From assembly GCA_964016885.1 (NCBI GenBank), contig OZ024743.1:84630001-84694000 (forward strand): a stretch of DNA of 64,000 nt, read 5' to 3'. This document shows, piece after piece, positions 54,253 through 64,000 of this stretch; positions within the stretch are counted from its first letter, which is position 1, and every line of letters starts with the position of its first letter. The notes beneath the pieces are model-generated. The model searched no databases, was not told the DNA's origin, and was given only the letters and a program-made list of their open reading frames with translations. Position numbers and translations under genes: made by a program. This stretch comes from Eledone cirrhosa (taxonomy: Eukaryota).

Positions 54253-55149
54253 GTGGTATCAAAAGGTTTTCAGACTAATTCTATAGTGCAGAAACAGATG
54301 GCAATACATGGTCGCGTGCACAGTGAGAACTAGCAGTGACCTTCATGTACCAGTGTGCCAAATGACATCACTGAGTTCACTTCGCAAGTTGTGAAATTTG
54401 TGATCACTTGTATGCTGTAGCCTGCGATTTTATCATGAAAAGGAAGTTGGAACAAAGAGCCAACGTGAAATTTTGCATTCAACTTGGGAAGTCTGCTACA
54501 GAGACATTGAGCATACTTCGGGTATGGCACTGAGACGAAGCAGCAATCGACACTGTGGAAAAGCCCTTCATCTCCACAACCAAAGAAGGCACGACAGAGC
54601 CGCAGCTCAATGAAGAGCATCCTCATCCTTTTTTTTGACATCCACAGTACTCCGCATCGAGAATTCAACCCCCATGGCCAGACCATCAATCAAGAGTTCT
54701 ACATTTTCAGTCGTTTGAGGGAGAACATTCAGCAAAACTAATTGAATCTCTGGAGCGCAAAGAATTGGATTTCTTATGACGACAATGCACCTTGTCACCA
54801 AGCTTTCCTCTCCTGTGAGTTTCTCACCAAAAACAACATTGTATTACTTCAGCACCCATCCTATTTGCCAGATTTAGCACCTGCGGACTTCCATCTCTTC
54901 TCAAAGCTAAAAATTCAGCTCAAAGGTTGCAGTTTTAACACCATTGCCGAAATCCAGATCGAATAGCAGAAGGTCCTTGAATCACGAAAAAGATTTTCCA
55001 GGCTGGATTTCAAAAGTGGCAGGAACACTGGAACCAGTGTATTGCTGCACAAGGTGACTATTTCAAAGGAATTGATGTTAAAACTTAAGTAAATATATTA
55101 GTTTTTTTTAAGCATAATTAGTCCTGGAATATTTTGATACCACCTCGTA
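54247..55149 (+). mobile_element. Internally deleted mariner DNA transposon
   Basis: TIRs TA(t/c)gaggtggtatcaaaa / ttttgataccacctcgTA. Remnants EQRANVKFC..LGKSATET, ETKQQS..W, FFD, DNAPCH, PSYLPDLAPADFHLF. Confidence 0.92.
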
Positions 55150-55384
55150 TACCAAGATTACTGGATATATGAATAATCATACAAACTGAGAAATTTGTGT
55201 TACCCTATAGTTTATGTTGATTACTGACACTAGATAAGAATGACATTTTGATAATTTATTCCTGGAATGTACTGTATATACTGTACATAAGCCAAGAAAT
55301 ATGTGACAAAAAATTAATCATAAAATTGGGGGAGGGGTCTTATATTTGAGGTTATTATTTTGCCAATTTTCACCAACTTCAAAA

Positions 55385-56660
55385 TCTATATATATATATA
55401 AAATTCTTTGTCTCTCTGTCTGTCTATTTCCTTATGCATTCTCAAATGGCTCAACCAAATCAAATCAAATTTTACAAGGTATTAGACCCCTGGGGGGTGT
55501 CAACATGTAATTTTTATTTTCATTTGGATTAAAACAATATAACATTTTAACTAAAATAATCTTTTTCTAGTCAACTATAGTAAACAACATTTTATAACAC
55601 CACCACGGCAACGTCACATTTTATATATGAGTGTGTCTGTGAGTGTGTGTTTGCGGGTTTGTTACATACGTTAGGCCTTAGTAAGTTACATACACATCAT
55701 CTTCACGTAAATATGTAATCAGATACTCAGTGAATTAAACACACACACATCTACACATACATATACATATGTAATGACTGACATGTATATGTGTATGAGT
55801 GTATGTGTGTGTGAGTATACATACATTTCTGTGACGACTGACATAACGAACACACACACACAGAGGGAGAGGCAGAGAGAGAGAGAGAGGTACAATTACA
55901 GTGTTAGATATTCAGAGAGAGAGTGATGTCCCACTAAAGTCTAGAATCGGCTTAAACTATAGATCAAAGTATCAGTTGAATGTTTAACAATATTGCATTA
56001 GCTTTTATAAAGCATACATATGCATATGTATATATGTGTATGTATGTATATATATATATATATATGTGTGTGTATGTGTGCATACTTACATTTATGTATC
56101 AGCTGTGCTAGGGCGAGAAATAAAATTCTAATTTTATTTTTAATATTCAGTAAGGCCAGCCATAACTCGCTCGGTATGCAAATGAGGCTACTCAGCCGAT
56201 GCGTACTTAAGAAAATACTATATATTTTCAACCGTTCAACAGACTGATGAAAGGTAATGACCCAGAAACATGTTGATTGTTCCTCAAAGTCAGTGTTGAA
56301 CAAACAGGTGATGATCGGTCACCAGCATGGCACAGCTTCAAATCGGACCATATGTTTACAAATGAATCGAACATTATTATTAATATTCAATATAACCCAT
56401 ACGTACATATGTATATGTATATATGTGTATGTTATGTATATATGCAAGCAGAGAAAAGTGGACGTGAAAAAAGAAAACATATATATAATGTATGTACATA
56501 TGCAAACTTACATTTACATATCAGCTGTGCTAGGGCGAGAAATAAAATTCTAATTCTATTTTTTTTTATAAAGTCGTTTTACACCAGTTTTTGATTTTAC
56601 AGAGCACAGAAAAAATTTATACTATTTGAAATTAATCTACGGTGTATATTAATTTAGTTT
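55385..56660 (+). mobile_element. Possible non-autonomous Helitron-like element (5' end only clear)
   Basis: a|TCtatatatatatataaaa...tctgtctgtc start resembles the two Helitrons downstream. No CTAG/hairpin 3' end found. Internal direct repeat 56085-56140 / 56507-56560. Confidence 0.4.
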
Positions 56661-57329
56661 TTTGAGGATAGTGTCATGCTATTGGCAGTATCGGTAGAGG
56701 GTTGGACAGTATCGGTAGAGGTTCCAGCATAGTTACGTCCCTTTACAGTCTGAGTTCAAATCCCGCCGAGGTTAACTTTGCCTTTCATCCTTACGGGGTC
56801 GATAAAATAAAGTACCAGTAATGTACTGGGTAATTGCTGGCCTTGTGCCAAATGTAGAAACAATTATTGTATGTGTAAATTTTAAAGAATTACCGACGGA
56901 GATATATATATAAATATACAAAGACACATGGCAGTGTTATGGTTGAAATTTTCTTTTTCTAAATCTAATGAATTTAATCTGACATTTGGTTTTATACTAT
57001 CACCTGGCCCTAAAAGGTTGTCTTTAGCAGAGTTCACTCTGTTGCAAGCACACAGACCAGGTCTCTGGTTTGAGGATACCTTCCTCTCTCTCTCTCTCTA
57101 TCTCTCCATTCATCCTTCCCACAAAACCATTTTTGCAGACTCTGAAAAGGATCATGAACACTGCTCTTTCCTCTCTCCTTTCCTTCCCTCTCTCCTTCAC
57201 ACCAGTCATGGAGGCACTCAGATGTGACATGGACAAAATCTTTCCATCTCTGAATAAACAATAATTTTTTTTTTTTTATTAACAGCATTTTCAATTTCTT
57301 TTAAATTGGAGTAAAGATTTAGCCTCCTT

Positions 57330-57512
57330 CCTCTCCGCTTTCCCTCTTTCATCCCCTCTACCTTCCCTTCTACCATCTCCTCTACCTTCCCCTCTACATT
57401 CCCCTTCACCTTCCCCTCTACCTTCCCCTCTTCCTTCCCCTCTTCCTTCCCCTCTACCTTCCCATCTTCCTTCCCCTCTACATTCCCCTCTACCATCTCC
57501 TCTCTCTTCACC
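57330..57512. repeat. Polypyrimidine 12-bp repeat (ccttcccctcta)
   Basis: Direct; lies just upstream of exon 57570. Confidence 0.85.
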
Positions 57513-57569
57513 TTCTGTTATTGTTGTTGATCATCATGTTTACAAATGTATTCTAAACCTCTCTTGCAG

Positions 57570-57674
57570 CGTTTCATCAACAAACAGAACCGAAAGCTGT
57601 GTGCTGGAGTCTGCCTCTTGCTTTCTGCCAAACTGAATGATGTTAAGGGAGCTGATGTAACAAAACTAATTCAA
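57570..57674 (+). CDS. CABLES1: CABLES exon ([35 protein letters not shown]), 105 nt
   Basis: ctcttgcag acceptor and CAA|gtaagt donor. [10 protein letters not shown] signature. Confidence 0.96.
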
Positions 57675-57804
57675 GTAAGTCTCTATTACATAGTTTGTCT
57701 GATGTATATATATATATATTTATTGTACTACAATAAAACTCACCTCCTACATATCAAGTAAAATAACGGAGTAAAGGAGTCGCGTATAATACAAACTAGT
57801 ACAG

Positions 57805-57920
57805 CTAACACATACAAACATGTACTTCCCTGGCATTTGTGTATTATTCTATGTACTATATTGACGAGTTGTAGTGCACCTGAGCACTTTACACAATAAT
57901 TTCATTATTATTATCATTAT
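57805..57920 (+). mobile_element. CR1-like 3' tail fragment (another at 32830-32980, - strand)
   Basis: ttgacgagttgtagtgcacctgagcactttacacaataatttca(tta)n, the same as the 18200-18318 tail. Confidence 0.85.
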
Positions 57921-57972
57921 AATCCTGTAATTCAATGAGTTCAAAGGAAAGAGTTTTCCTGGGCACTTCAAA

Positions 57973-58434
57973 ATACGATATAGAGAGGTAAAACACAGGA
58001 GAGTGTGTTTTCATTTACAGGATTTTAAACCACCAGCATGAAGAGAATATAAGCTAAGAGAGGTGTAAGAAAAACATTATAATTAGAAGGATAAATTAGA
58101 ATGAGAAACCAACCTCACAACTAAATCACACATGTACAATCTCCTGGTGTGATTTAGTTGTGAGGTTGGTTTCTCATTCTAATTTATCCTCCTAATTATA
58201 ATTGTTTCTACTTTTGGCACAAGGCCAGTAATTACCCAGTGTATTACTGATACTTTATTTATCGACCCCATAAGGATGAAATGCAGGATTTGAACTCAGA
58301 ATGGCAAGGGCCGTAACTCTATGCATCAAATGTTTTTCCTACACCTCTCTTAGCTTATATTCTCTTCACGCTGGTGGTTTAAAATCCTGTAAATGAAAAC
58401 ACACTTTCCTGTGTTTTTCCTCTCTATATCGTAT
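57973..58434. repeat. Long palindrome with a SINE inserted in its right arm
   Basis: 57973-58131 is mirrored by 58147-58201 plus 58329-58434. Confidence 0.9.
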
Positions 58435-58450
58435 ATATATATATATATAT

Positions 58451-58798
58451 GGAGGCACATGGCTTAGTGGTTAGAGCATTGGCCTTGCAATCGAAAGGTT
58501 GTGAGCTCAATTCTCAGACCGGGCGATGTGTTGTTTCCTTGAGCAAGACACTTTATTTCACATTGCTCCAGTTTACTCAGCTGTAGAAATGAGATGATAC
58601 GGACTGGGGTCCCTATCATTCCACTGCAAAGTGGTCGTGCAGGTGCCACGGCAAAAAAAGCACCCAGCACTCACTGTAAATGAGGTTGGTGTTAGGAAGG
58701 GCATCCAGCTGTAGAAATCAAGCCAGAATCAGTTCCCGTCCACTTTTCCCTTGCAAGCAGGGAAAAGTGGACGTAAAATGAAATGATGATGAAATGAT
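58451..58798 (+). mobile_element. Family-B SINE
   Basis: Full head, CORE-like middle and RTE tail. Confidence 0.9.
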
Positions 58799-58821
58799 AT
58801 ATATACACACACACATACATA

Positions 58822-58922
58822 AAGGGTGTCCCCCCAAAATGTATACACACTTTGATTACCTGTACAGGCAATATTTATTAGAATGCTGTTGAAGTGTATA
58901 TACATTTTGGGGAGACACCCTC
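58822..58922. mobile_element. Tiny Tc1/mariner-type MITE
   Basis: agggtgtccccccaaaatgtatacacactt / aagtgtatatacattttgggagacaccct TIRs. Confidence 0.7.
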
Positions 58923-58940
58923 TATATATTTATATATATA

Positions 58941-59784
58941 CTAGCAGTGGTACCCGGCGTTGCACGGGCTAAGGTATTTTGGAATGCGTGCCGCCAACAG
59001 ACCTAATCGTGGAAAAACTGCATGCCTGGACAATATGTAAAGAAAATAAACCAAATACTCTGATGGCTGGATAATCTTTAAGATTTTCCTCGATGAAGCA
59101 GGAAAAATGCAGGTTTTCACCTAATGCGGGCCCTAGGGGATCAAGAAAATAAATGTTTTTGTATGTGCATAATATGCCTTGAAATTTCGGGAAAATCGGA
59201 TAGACGTAACGCCTCAAAAAAGCCCTAAAAAGCTGAAAAAATGAAGTTTTTCACCTAATGCGGGCCCTAGGCGATAACAAAAGTTGGATTTTCTTTGCTC
59301 ATGGTATGAAGAAGAGACTGGCTAAATCATAGTTACAATTTCAAGGAAATCGGTCTGACGTAACGCCTCAGATAACCCCTAAAAACCTGAAAAAACGCAG
59401 TTTTTCACCTAATGCGGGCCCTAGGAAATCAAAAAATTGAATCGGTTGAGTACTTCTCGAGATTTAGGGATTCAAACATACACACACACACCCTCATGGA
59501 AGTGACGTAATGCAGACAGCCAGGCATACAGACAGATATTATAAGGGCGCGACGTTATATGTATGTATCTATCTAAAAAGAGAAAGACTAAGAATTATAG
59601 AGAGAGATCGTTAAATCGCCTAATACGGTCCCTAGGGCATTGAAAATTTGAATTTTTTTTCACTCCCTGAAACATAAGTATTACATGTGTAAAGTTTGAA
59701 AACAGTCGGTTGGGTGCTTCTCTAGTTTTAGGGATTCAAACTCACACACACACAGACAGACATCCTCAGTTTTATATATATAGA
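58941..59784 (-). mobile_element. Non-autonomous Helitron 1
   Basis: On the minus strand: A|TC start, subterminal hairpin cccgtgcaacgccggg, CTAG|T end. Internal subrepeats ttttcacctaatgcgggccctag. Confidence 0.85.
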
Positions 59785-59788
59785 TATA

Positions 59789-62304
59789 CTAGCAGAAGTA
59801 CCCGGCGTTGCCCGGGTGTAAGTCGACCTTTGGTCTGTTAGAATGTGTGAAAGTTACTTCCCGCGCATCACAGGTTCAAAACTTCGAACTTCAATGGAAA
59901 AAGATAGGTTAGTAGACACAGGTGTGTAATTTATTAATTGTAGTTACACAGTGTATCGTTGAAATTGTTCTCTGCACGACTGACGGAAGTCAAAATTGCT
60001 TGATAGTGAATGTTCAGTTAATTTAAAGCAGGGTGAAAATGTCGATTACTTTCAGGGGTTTTTTTTTTTACAATTTTTGCGCTCACATGTGCAGAAGAAG
60101 AATTAAAAGGGCCTTTATCTTAACCGCGGCATAATGGCGAGTCTTTTGTGACAGTTTTCAAGAATATAGGACGTTCCTGTAAAAAGTTTTCCCATGTGTA
60201 ACTTTGCCTTGTTTTTTTGCGCAAAGTCGAACCCCGCTTTAGTTTTATTGATTTTTTTACATCAATGTGTGATCTCTGAAGTAGATTTGGGTAGCTAAAA
60301 ACCTGTCCCCGTAAATTTGCTACAGGTGAAAAAAAGTTGATCAAAATTGTATCTAGGGTTATTGCCCTTTGCCACAACCTCAAGCCTCGTCTGACGGGAT
60401 GTTGGTGATTCCTCCGTCAGCACTTGTTGGCGACGAAGGCGAACATCAGCAAGCCTTGTCGTACGTGATGTTGGTGACTCAACCAGCTGGGAAAGACGTC
60501 TATCAGCGAGTCGAGATTCGCGCTCAGCAGGTGTTTCCTAGAGAAAATTAATTAATTCTACTGGTTAGCTAAGCCAATGGCAGTGTCAATAGTAAATGAG
60601 AAAAGTCTAACATGAACAAAAGGGAATCAAGGTAAGACAATAAATTTAATATAACTACGATTAGAATGTTGTAGTTGCTTAAAAGTGGTGACAGTTAGGA
60701 TAAACGCAGTACTTGCTAACATTAAGGGAGAATATTGCATAAAGGATTAATCAATTGTGAATGAACTCATACCCGAGAACGCCTAATTCGTTGTCTCAAA
60801 GCAATAGCTGTACCTTTTTTGGAGGTAAGTCTTGAACGTTTCCGTGTGGGCATAACGACGTGTAACGAAGCTGTTAGGTTAGAGAGAGGTGATTAAATAC
60901 AGAGAGAGATGACACCAGATTCGTTAGCATGGTTACTGGTGAATGGGAAGGTTTGGAAATATGATTACAATAACTTACCGAATTTTCCCGTCTATAAATT
61001 GCACTTAAAATAATTAAATTTAATCAAAAAACAGCTCTCCGCTTTATACTCCGGTGAGCCTTATGTATAAATAATACAATGGTAATCAATCACAGCTCTA
61101 ACAGAAGTAATAGATCTAGACTAAAAGTAAAGAAGATAGCATTTTCTGGTTGGCCTTACACGCCGTTGCGCGGACCTGATTTTAAATGATACGCCTTATA
61201 TCTTGGTGAGCCTTATAGAGCGGAAAATATCTATTGGAAAAGAATACGAATTCATGACCAAGGTGTGACAAAATAGGCGTCTATACAGCGCCTGAAACAA
61301 ACTTGTCCAAAACCCTAGGATTTTTCTCGTTAAGTATCCACCCAAAAGGAACCGTTTTTTAGTTACAAAAAATAACCAAAGTGTATAGTAGCTATATTTC
61401 TGACATATCATGCCAAAAAGAACAATATATTCAAAAAATGTTCTAAAGTACATTCAATCTCTCTTTTTGACCAATATCTTAATGAGCAAGTTATCGATTT
61501 TTTATTGGCTGTCAGTGTCTATCTGCATGCAGGTGTGCACGTGTGCGCCATTAATTGCAAATACGCTCATAACATTTAGTCGTAAGCAGAACAAAAAATG
61601 CCATTAGAGGTGGGCTAATAATGAAGACACAAACCCTGGTGAACTTACATTTAAACACCCGAAAAGTTACTCACTTCCTGTGCAAAAGACTGTATTATAA
61701 ATTAAGTAATTTTTTAGAATCTTTTGTTTAAAAAAGGAAAACATTGGTACAACGTAAATTTTTTTACTTGTATTGTATGTGTACAACACAAGTTGGTCAA
61801 CGTATTATTTAGTAATTTTTTTTTCAAAAAGCATGATTTTTTAAGACTGTTTGAAAATTTACTCACAGCTTTTAGGTTCACAAAAGACACCATTAAATTT
61901 GGTTCCCTTTTCAGATAGGGATAATACTGTATTTCCACTTGAATAAGGTGGAATATGAAAAGAAACTCTTTAATGGTCAGTCGTTTACTGAGACAGCTGG
62001 GAAGACATGCAGCTGGCCGTCCAATCAATAACGCACGTCCTTATATGGGCATATGAAATTTATTTTTATTGCGCCAGATGTAAACTAAGAGTTCTTGTGT
62101 TCGAATTCACATAAAATTTCATTGGAATCGAAAAACATTCTGTCATAGGGCTCGATTATCGATATTTCGAAAATTTCAAGTAACCTATTCCACTCTACGC
62201 GTTGAGTTTTATATATGTGTGAGGTTTCATGAAAATTGGATGAACGGTGTAGCAGGTAAGTTTGGTACACTAAACAATGTCCATCTTCCCTTTATATATA
62301 TAGA
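59789..62304 (-). mobile_element. Non-autonomous Helitron 2, 4 bp from Helitron 1
   Basis: On the minus strand: A|TCtatatatataaa start, hairpin acccgggcaacgccgggt, CTAG|T end. Confidence 0.8.
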
Positions 62305-63056
62305 TATATACATATCATCATCTTCATCAATTTTACATTTTTCCACACTTGTCTGGGTTGGACAGGTCCTTTTCAGCCCACTTTTCTCCATATGTCGTAA
62401 TCCTTTGCCATCTCCACTCTGAGTTTCAGCGATTTGAGCTCTCACCACCTCTGTCCAGGTGCCTAGGTCTTCCTTGGTCTTCTTCTACTGGCTCCATACT
62501 CTATGGCAAGAACTTTGATTTATATATATATATAAGATCTCAAATTATAATATAAAAACATCAACATTTTCAGAGCATAACTGATTTCTTGCAGACTCGT
62601 ATATTTTACATCCTACATTAAAAATACCAATCCATTCATCATCATCATCATCATCGTTTAACATCCATGTTCCACGCTTGCATGGGTTTGGACGGGAGTT
62701 TCCCACTTGACGCAAGAGTGGTTGTCATTGCTCGCATAGGACTGTCTGGCTCGCATAGGACTGTCTTGTGTGTGTGTATGTTTGAATCCCTAAATCTCCA
62801 TTGTTCAGTGGATTGATATTATCACTAGAATATAGAAAGTCATAACTAAATACAGCAGAGACCAAATCGCCCTGTGGTCAATTTTGCCTTTCATCTTTAC
62901 AGGGTCAATAATATAAAACACCAGTAATGCACTGAGGTTAATTTAAACAATTTTTCTCTTTCTTCCCCAAAAATTGTTGGCCGTCTGCCTATATCAGAAA
63001 TAATTATTGTAATTATTATTTCATTGAATTATTTCGGGGTTTTTTTCTCTTTTCAG

Positions 63057-63197
63057 CAACTGGAAGATGACTTTCGAATACACAGGAAGGAATTGCTAGC
63101 ATTTGAGTTTGTGTGTTTAGTGATGCTTCAGTTTTCTCTTCATTCCCCAGACATAGAGATTTACCCACACTACCAACGTCTTCTCTATAATTCTTGA
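63057..63197 (+). CDS. CABLES1: CABLES last coding exon (QLEDDFRIHRKELLAFEFVCLVMLQFSLHSPDIEIYPHYQRLLYNS*)
   Basis: ttttttctcttttcag acceptor and TGA at 63195-63197. Matches the CABLES C-terminus. Confidence 0.96.
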   Translation, partial: QLEDDFRIHRKELLAFEFVCLVMLQFSLHSPDIEIYPHYQRLLYNS

Positions 63198-63672
63198 CCC
63201 CGGCTCTCCCCAAGCAAATTCCTACATTCCAATGTAGTCTACTACATTAGAATGCCTGCATTTGCTTTGGTGCTTCCCTTGTTTCTCATTGCTATTATTT
63301 ATCTTCAGAACATTTCTCTTCTTCACCTTTCTCTCCACCAAATCACTGCTCTTTCCTTCCCTTTTCTTCTCTTTCTTTGTTTATCAACACCTACATTGCT
63401 TTCTTTCGCCCTCTTCTCTCCCTCCAAAAATACCTCAGTTAAGGAATAATTCCTATAATTTGCTATCTTTAATTCAGCTCTATTTTATATTACAGTCCTC
63501 TTTTCAATTCTCTAAAATAGATTCTTTCTGTCTTTTATCTAAATTTTTTTTTAATTTAACTTTTCATTGATTTTTTTTTTAAACTTTTAATATACACACT
63601 CACATTATATATTTATATATATATATATATATATATAATATAAGATCAAAAGATGGTTAAAAGAGTTCCAAG

Positions 63673-63743
63673 TATTTTATTATGCGCATTTCAAAAACAA
63701 ATATCATCATGGGATGATATTTGCGTTCTCATCAGATAAAATA
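63673..63743 (-). ncRNA. Minimal type I hammerhead ribozyme, intact core, antisense to CABLES
   Basis: UAUUUUAU-CUGAUGA-[16-bp stem II, CCAU loop]-GAAA-U-GCGC-AUA/AUAAAAUA: 8-bp stem I and palindromic stem III. Confidence 0.8.
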
Positions 63744-63814
63744 GGGAAACATGATATGAAGCTTAAAAAACACTTGTGAGCAGTGAAGTTTTTAAGCTTC
63801 ATATCATGTTACCC

Positions 63815-63885
63815 TATTTTATCTGATAAGAACGCAAATATCATCCCATGATGATATTTGTTTTTGAAATACGCATAATTAAATA
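63815..63885 (+). ncRNA. Hammerhead ribozyme copy, sense to CABLES, with G8->A
   Basis: UAUUUUAU-CUGAUAA-stem II-GAAA-U-ACGC-AUA/AUUAAAUA. Confidence 0.7.
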
Positions 63886-63990
63886 CTTGGAACTCTTTTA
63901 ACCATCTTTTGATCTTATATTATTTATACTCCAGTCCTATAAACTGTGGAGTGCTACTTATCCGATATTTGCATTGCTTTATTGTGCTGC

Positions 63991-63996
63991 AATAAA
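63991..63996 (+). terminator. Candidate polyadenylation signal AATAAA (variant ATTAAA at 63878-63883)
   Basis: First AATAAA I found downstream of the stop codon. Confidence 0.45.
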
Positions 63997-64000
63997 ACTC

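Larger units (their letters stand above)
63635..63923. repeat. ~135-bp-arm near-perfect palindrome in the presumed 3' UTR
   Basis: Arms 63635-63769 and 63789-63923, ~19-nt loop, 4 mismatches counted by eye. Confidence 0.95.

Noticed and set aside
57218-57511. EGK-repeat ORF on the minus strand
   Set aside because: Translation of a 12-bp polypyrimidine repeat.
58365-58415. HHR-like CTGGTGG...GAAA in the 58 kb palindrome
   Set aside because: Two core changes in both arms and no convincing stem I or III.
58451-58525. tRNA gene
   Set aside because: The A/B boxes belong to a multi-copy SINE head followed by CORE-like and RTE tail sequence; no complete cloverleaf was seen.

Overview
AT-rich animal genomic DNA. 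The SINE, RTE and Penelope families and the very long TA microsatellites suggest an octopus or other coleoid cephalopod (inference). The window holds 12 coding exons of a + strand CABLES1/2-family gene (CDK5 and ABL1 enzyme substrate). All 12 have GT-AG boundaries and compatible phases, running from 5151 to the TGA at 63197, followed by a probable 3' UTR. The 5' end of the gene is not identified. The introns contain RTE, CR1-like and Penelope (RT + GIY-YIG) retroelements, two tRNA-derived SINE families, a mariner remnant, two tandem non-autonomous Helitrons, MITEs, a ~6 kb 24-bp satellite and long TA microsatellites. Four observations stand out. (1) Many minimal hammerhead-ribozyme (HHR) motifs sit at Penelope ends and inside long palindromes. 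(2) A ~290-bp palindrome in the presumed 3' UTR carries an intact antisense HHR and a sense HHR with G8->A, the A lying in an A:C mismatch, which makes it a candidate ADAR substrate. (3) Diverged partial copies of the neighbouring exon ends, with their splice sites and in frame, flank both sides of the satellite. (4) Near-identical inverted RTE copies bracket five exons that total 438 nt (146 codons, phase 0 to 0), a circRNA or multi-exon-skipping candidate. Most long ORFs in the supplied track are repeat artefacts.
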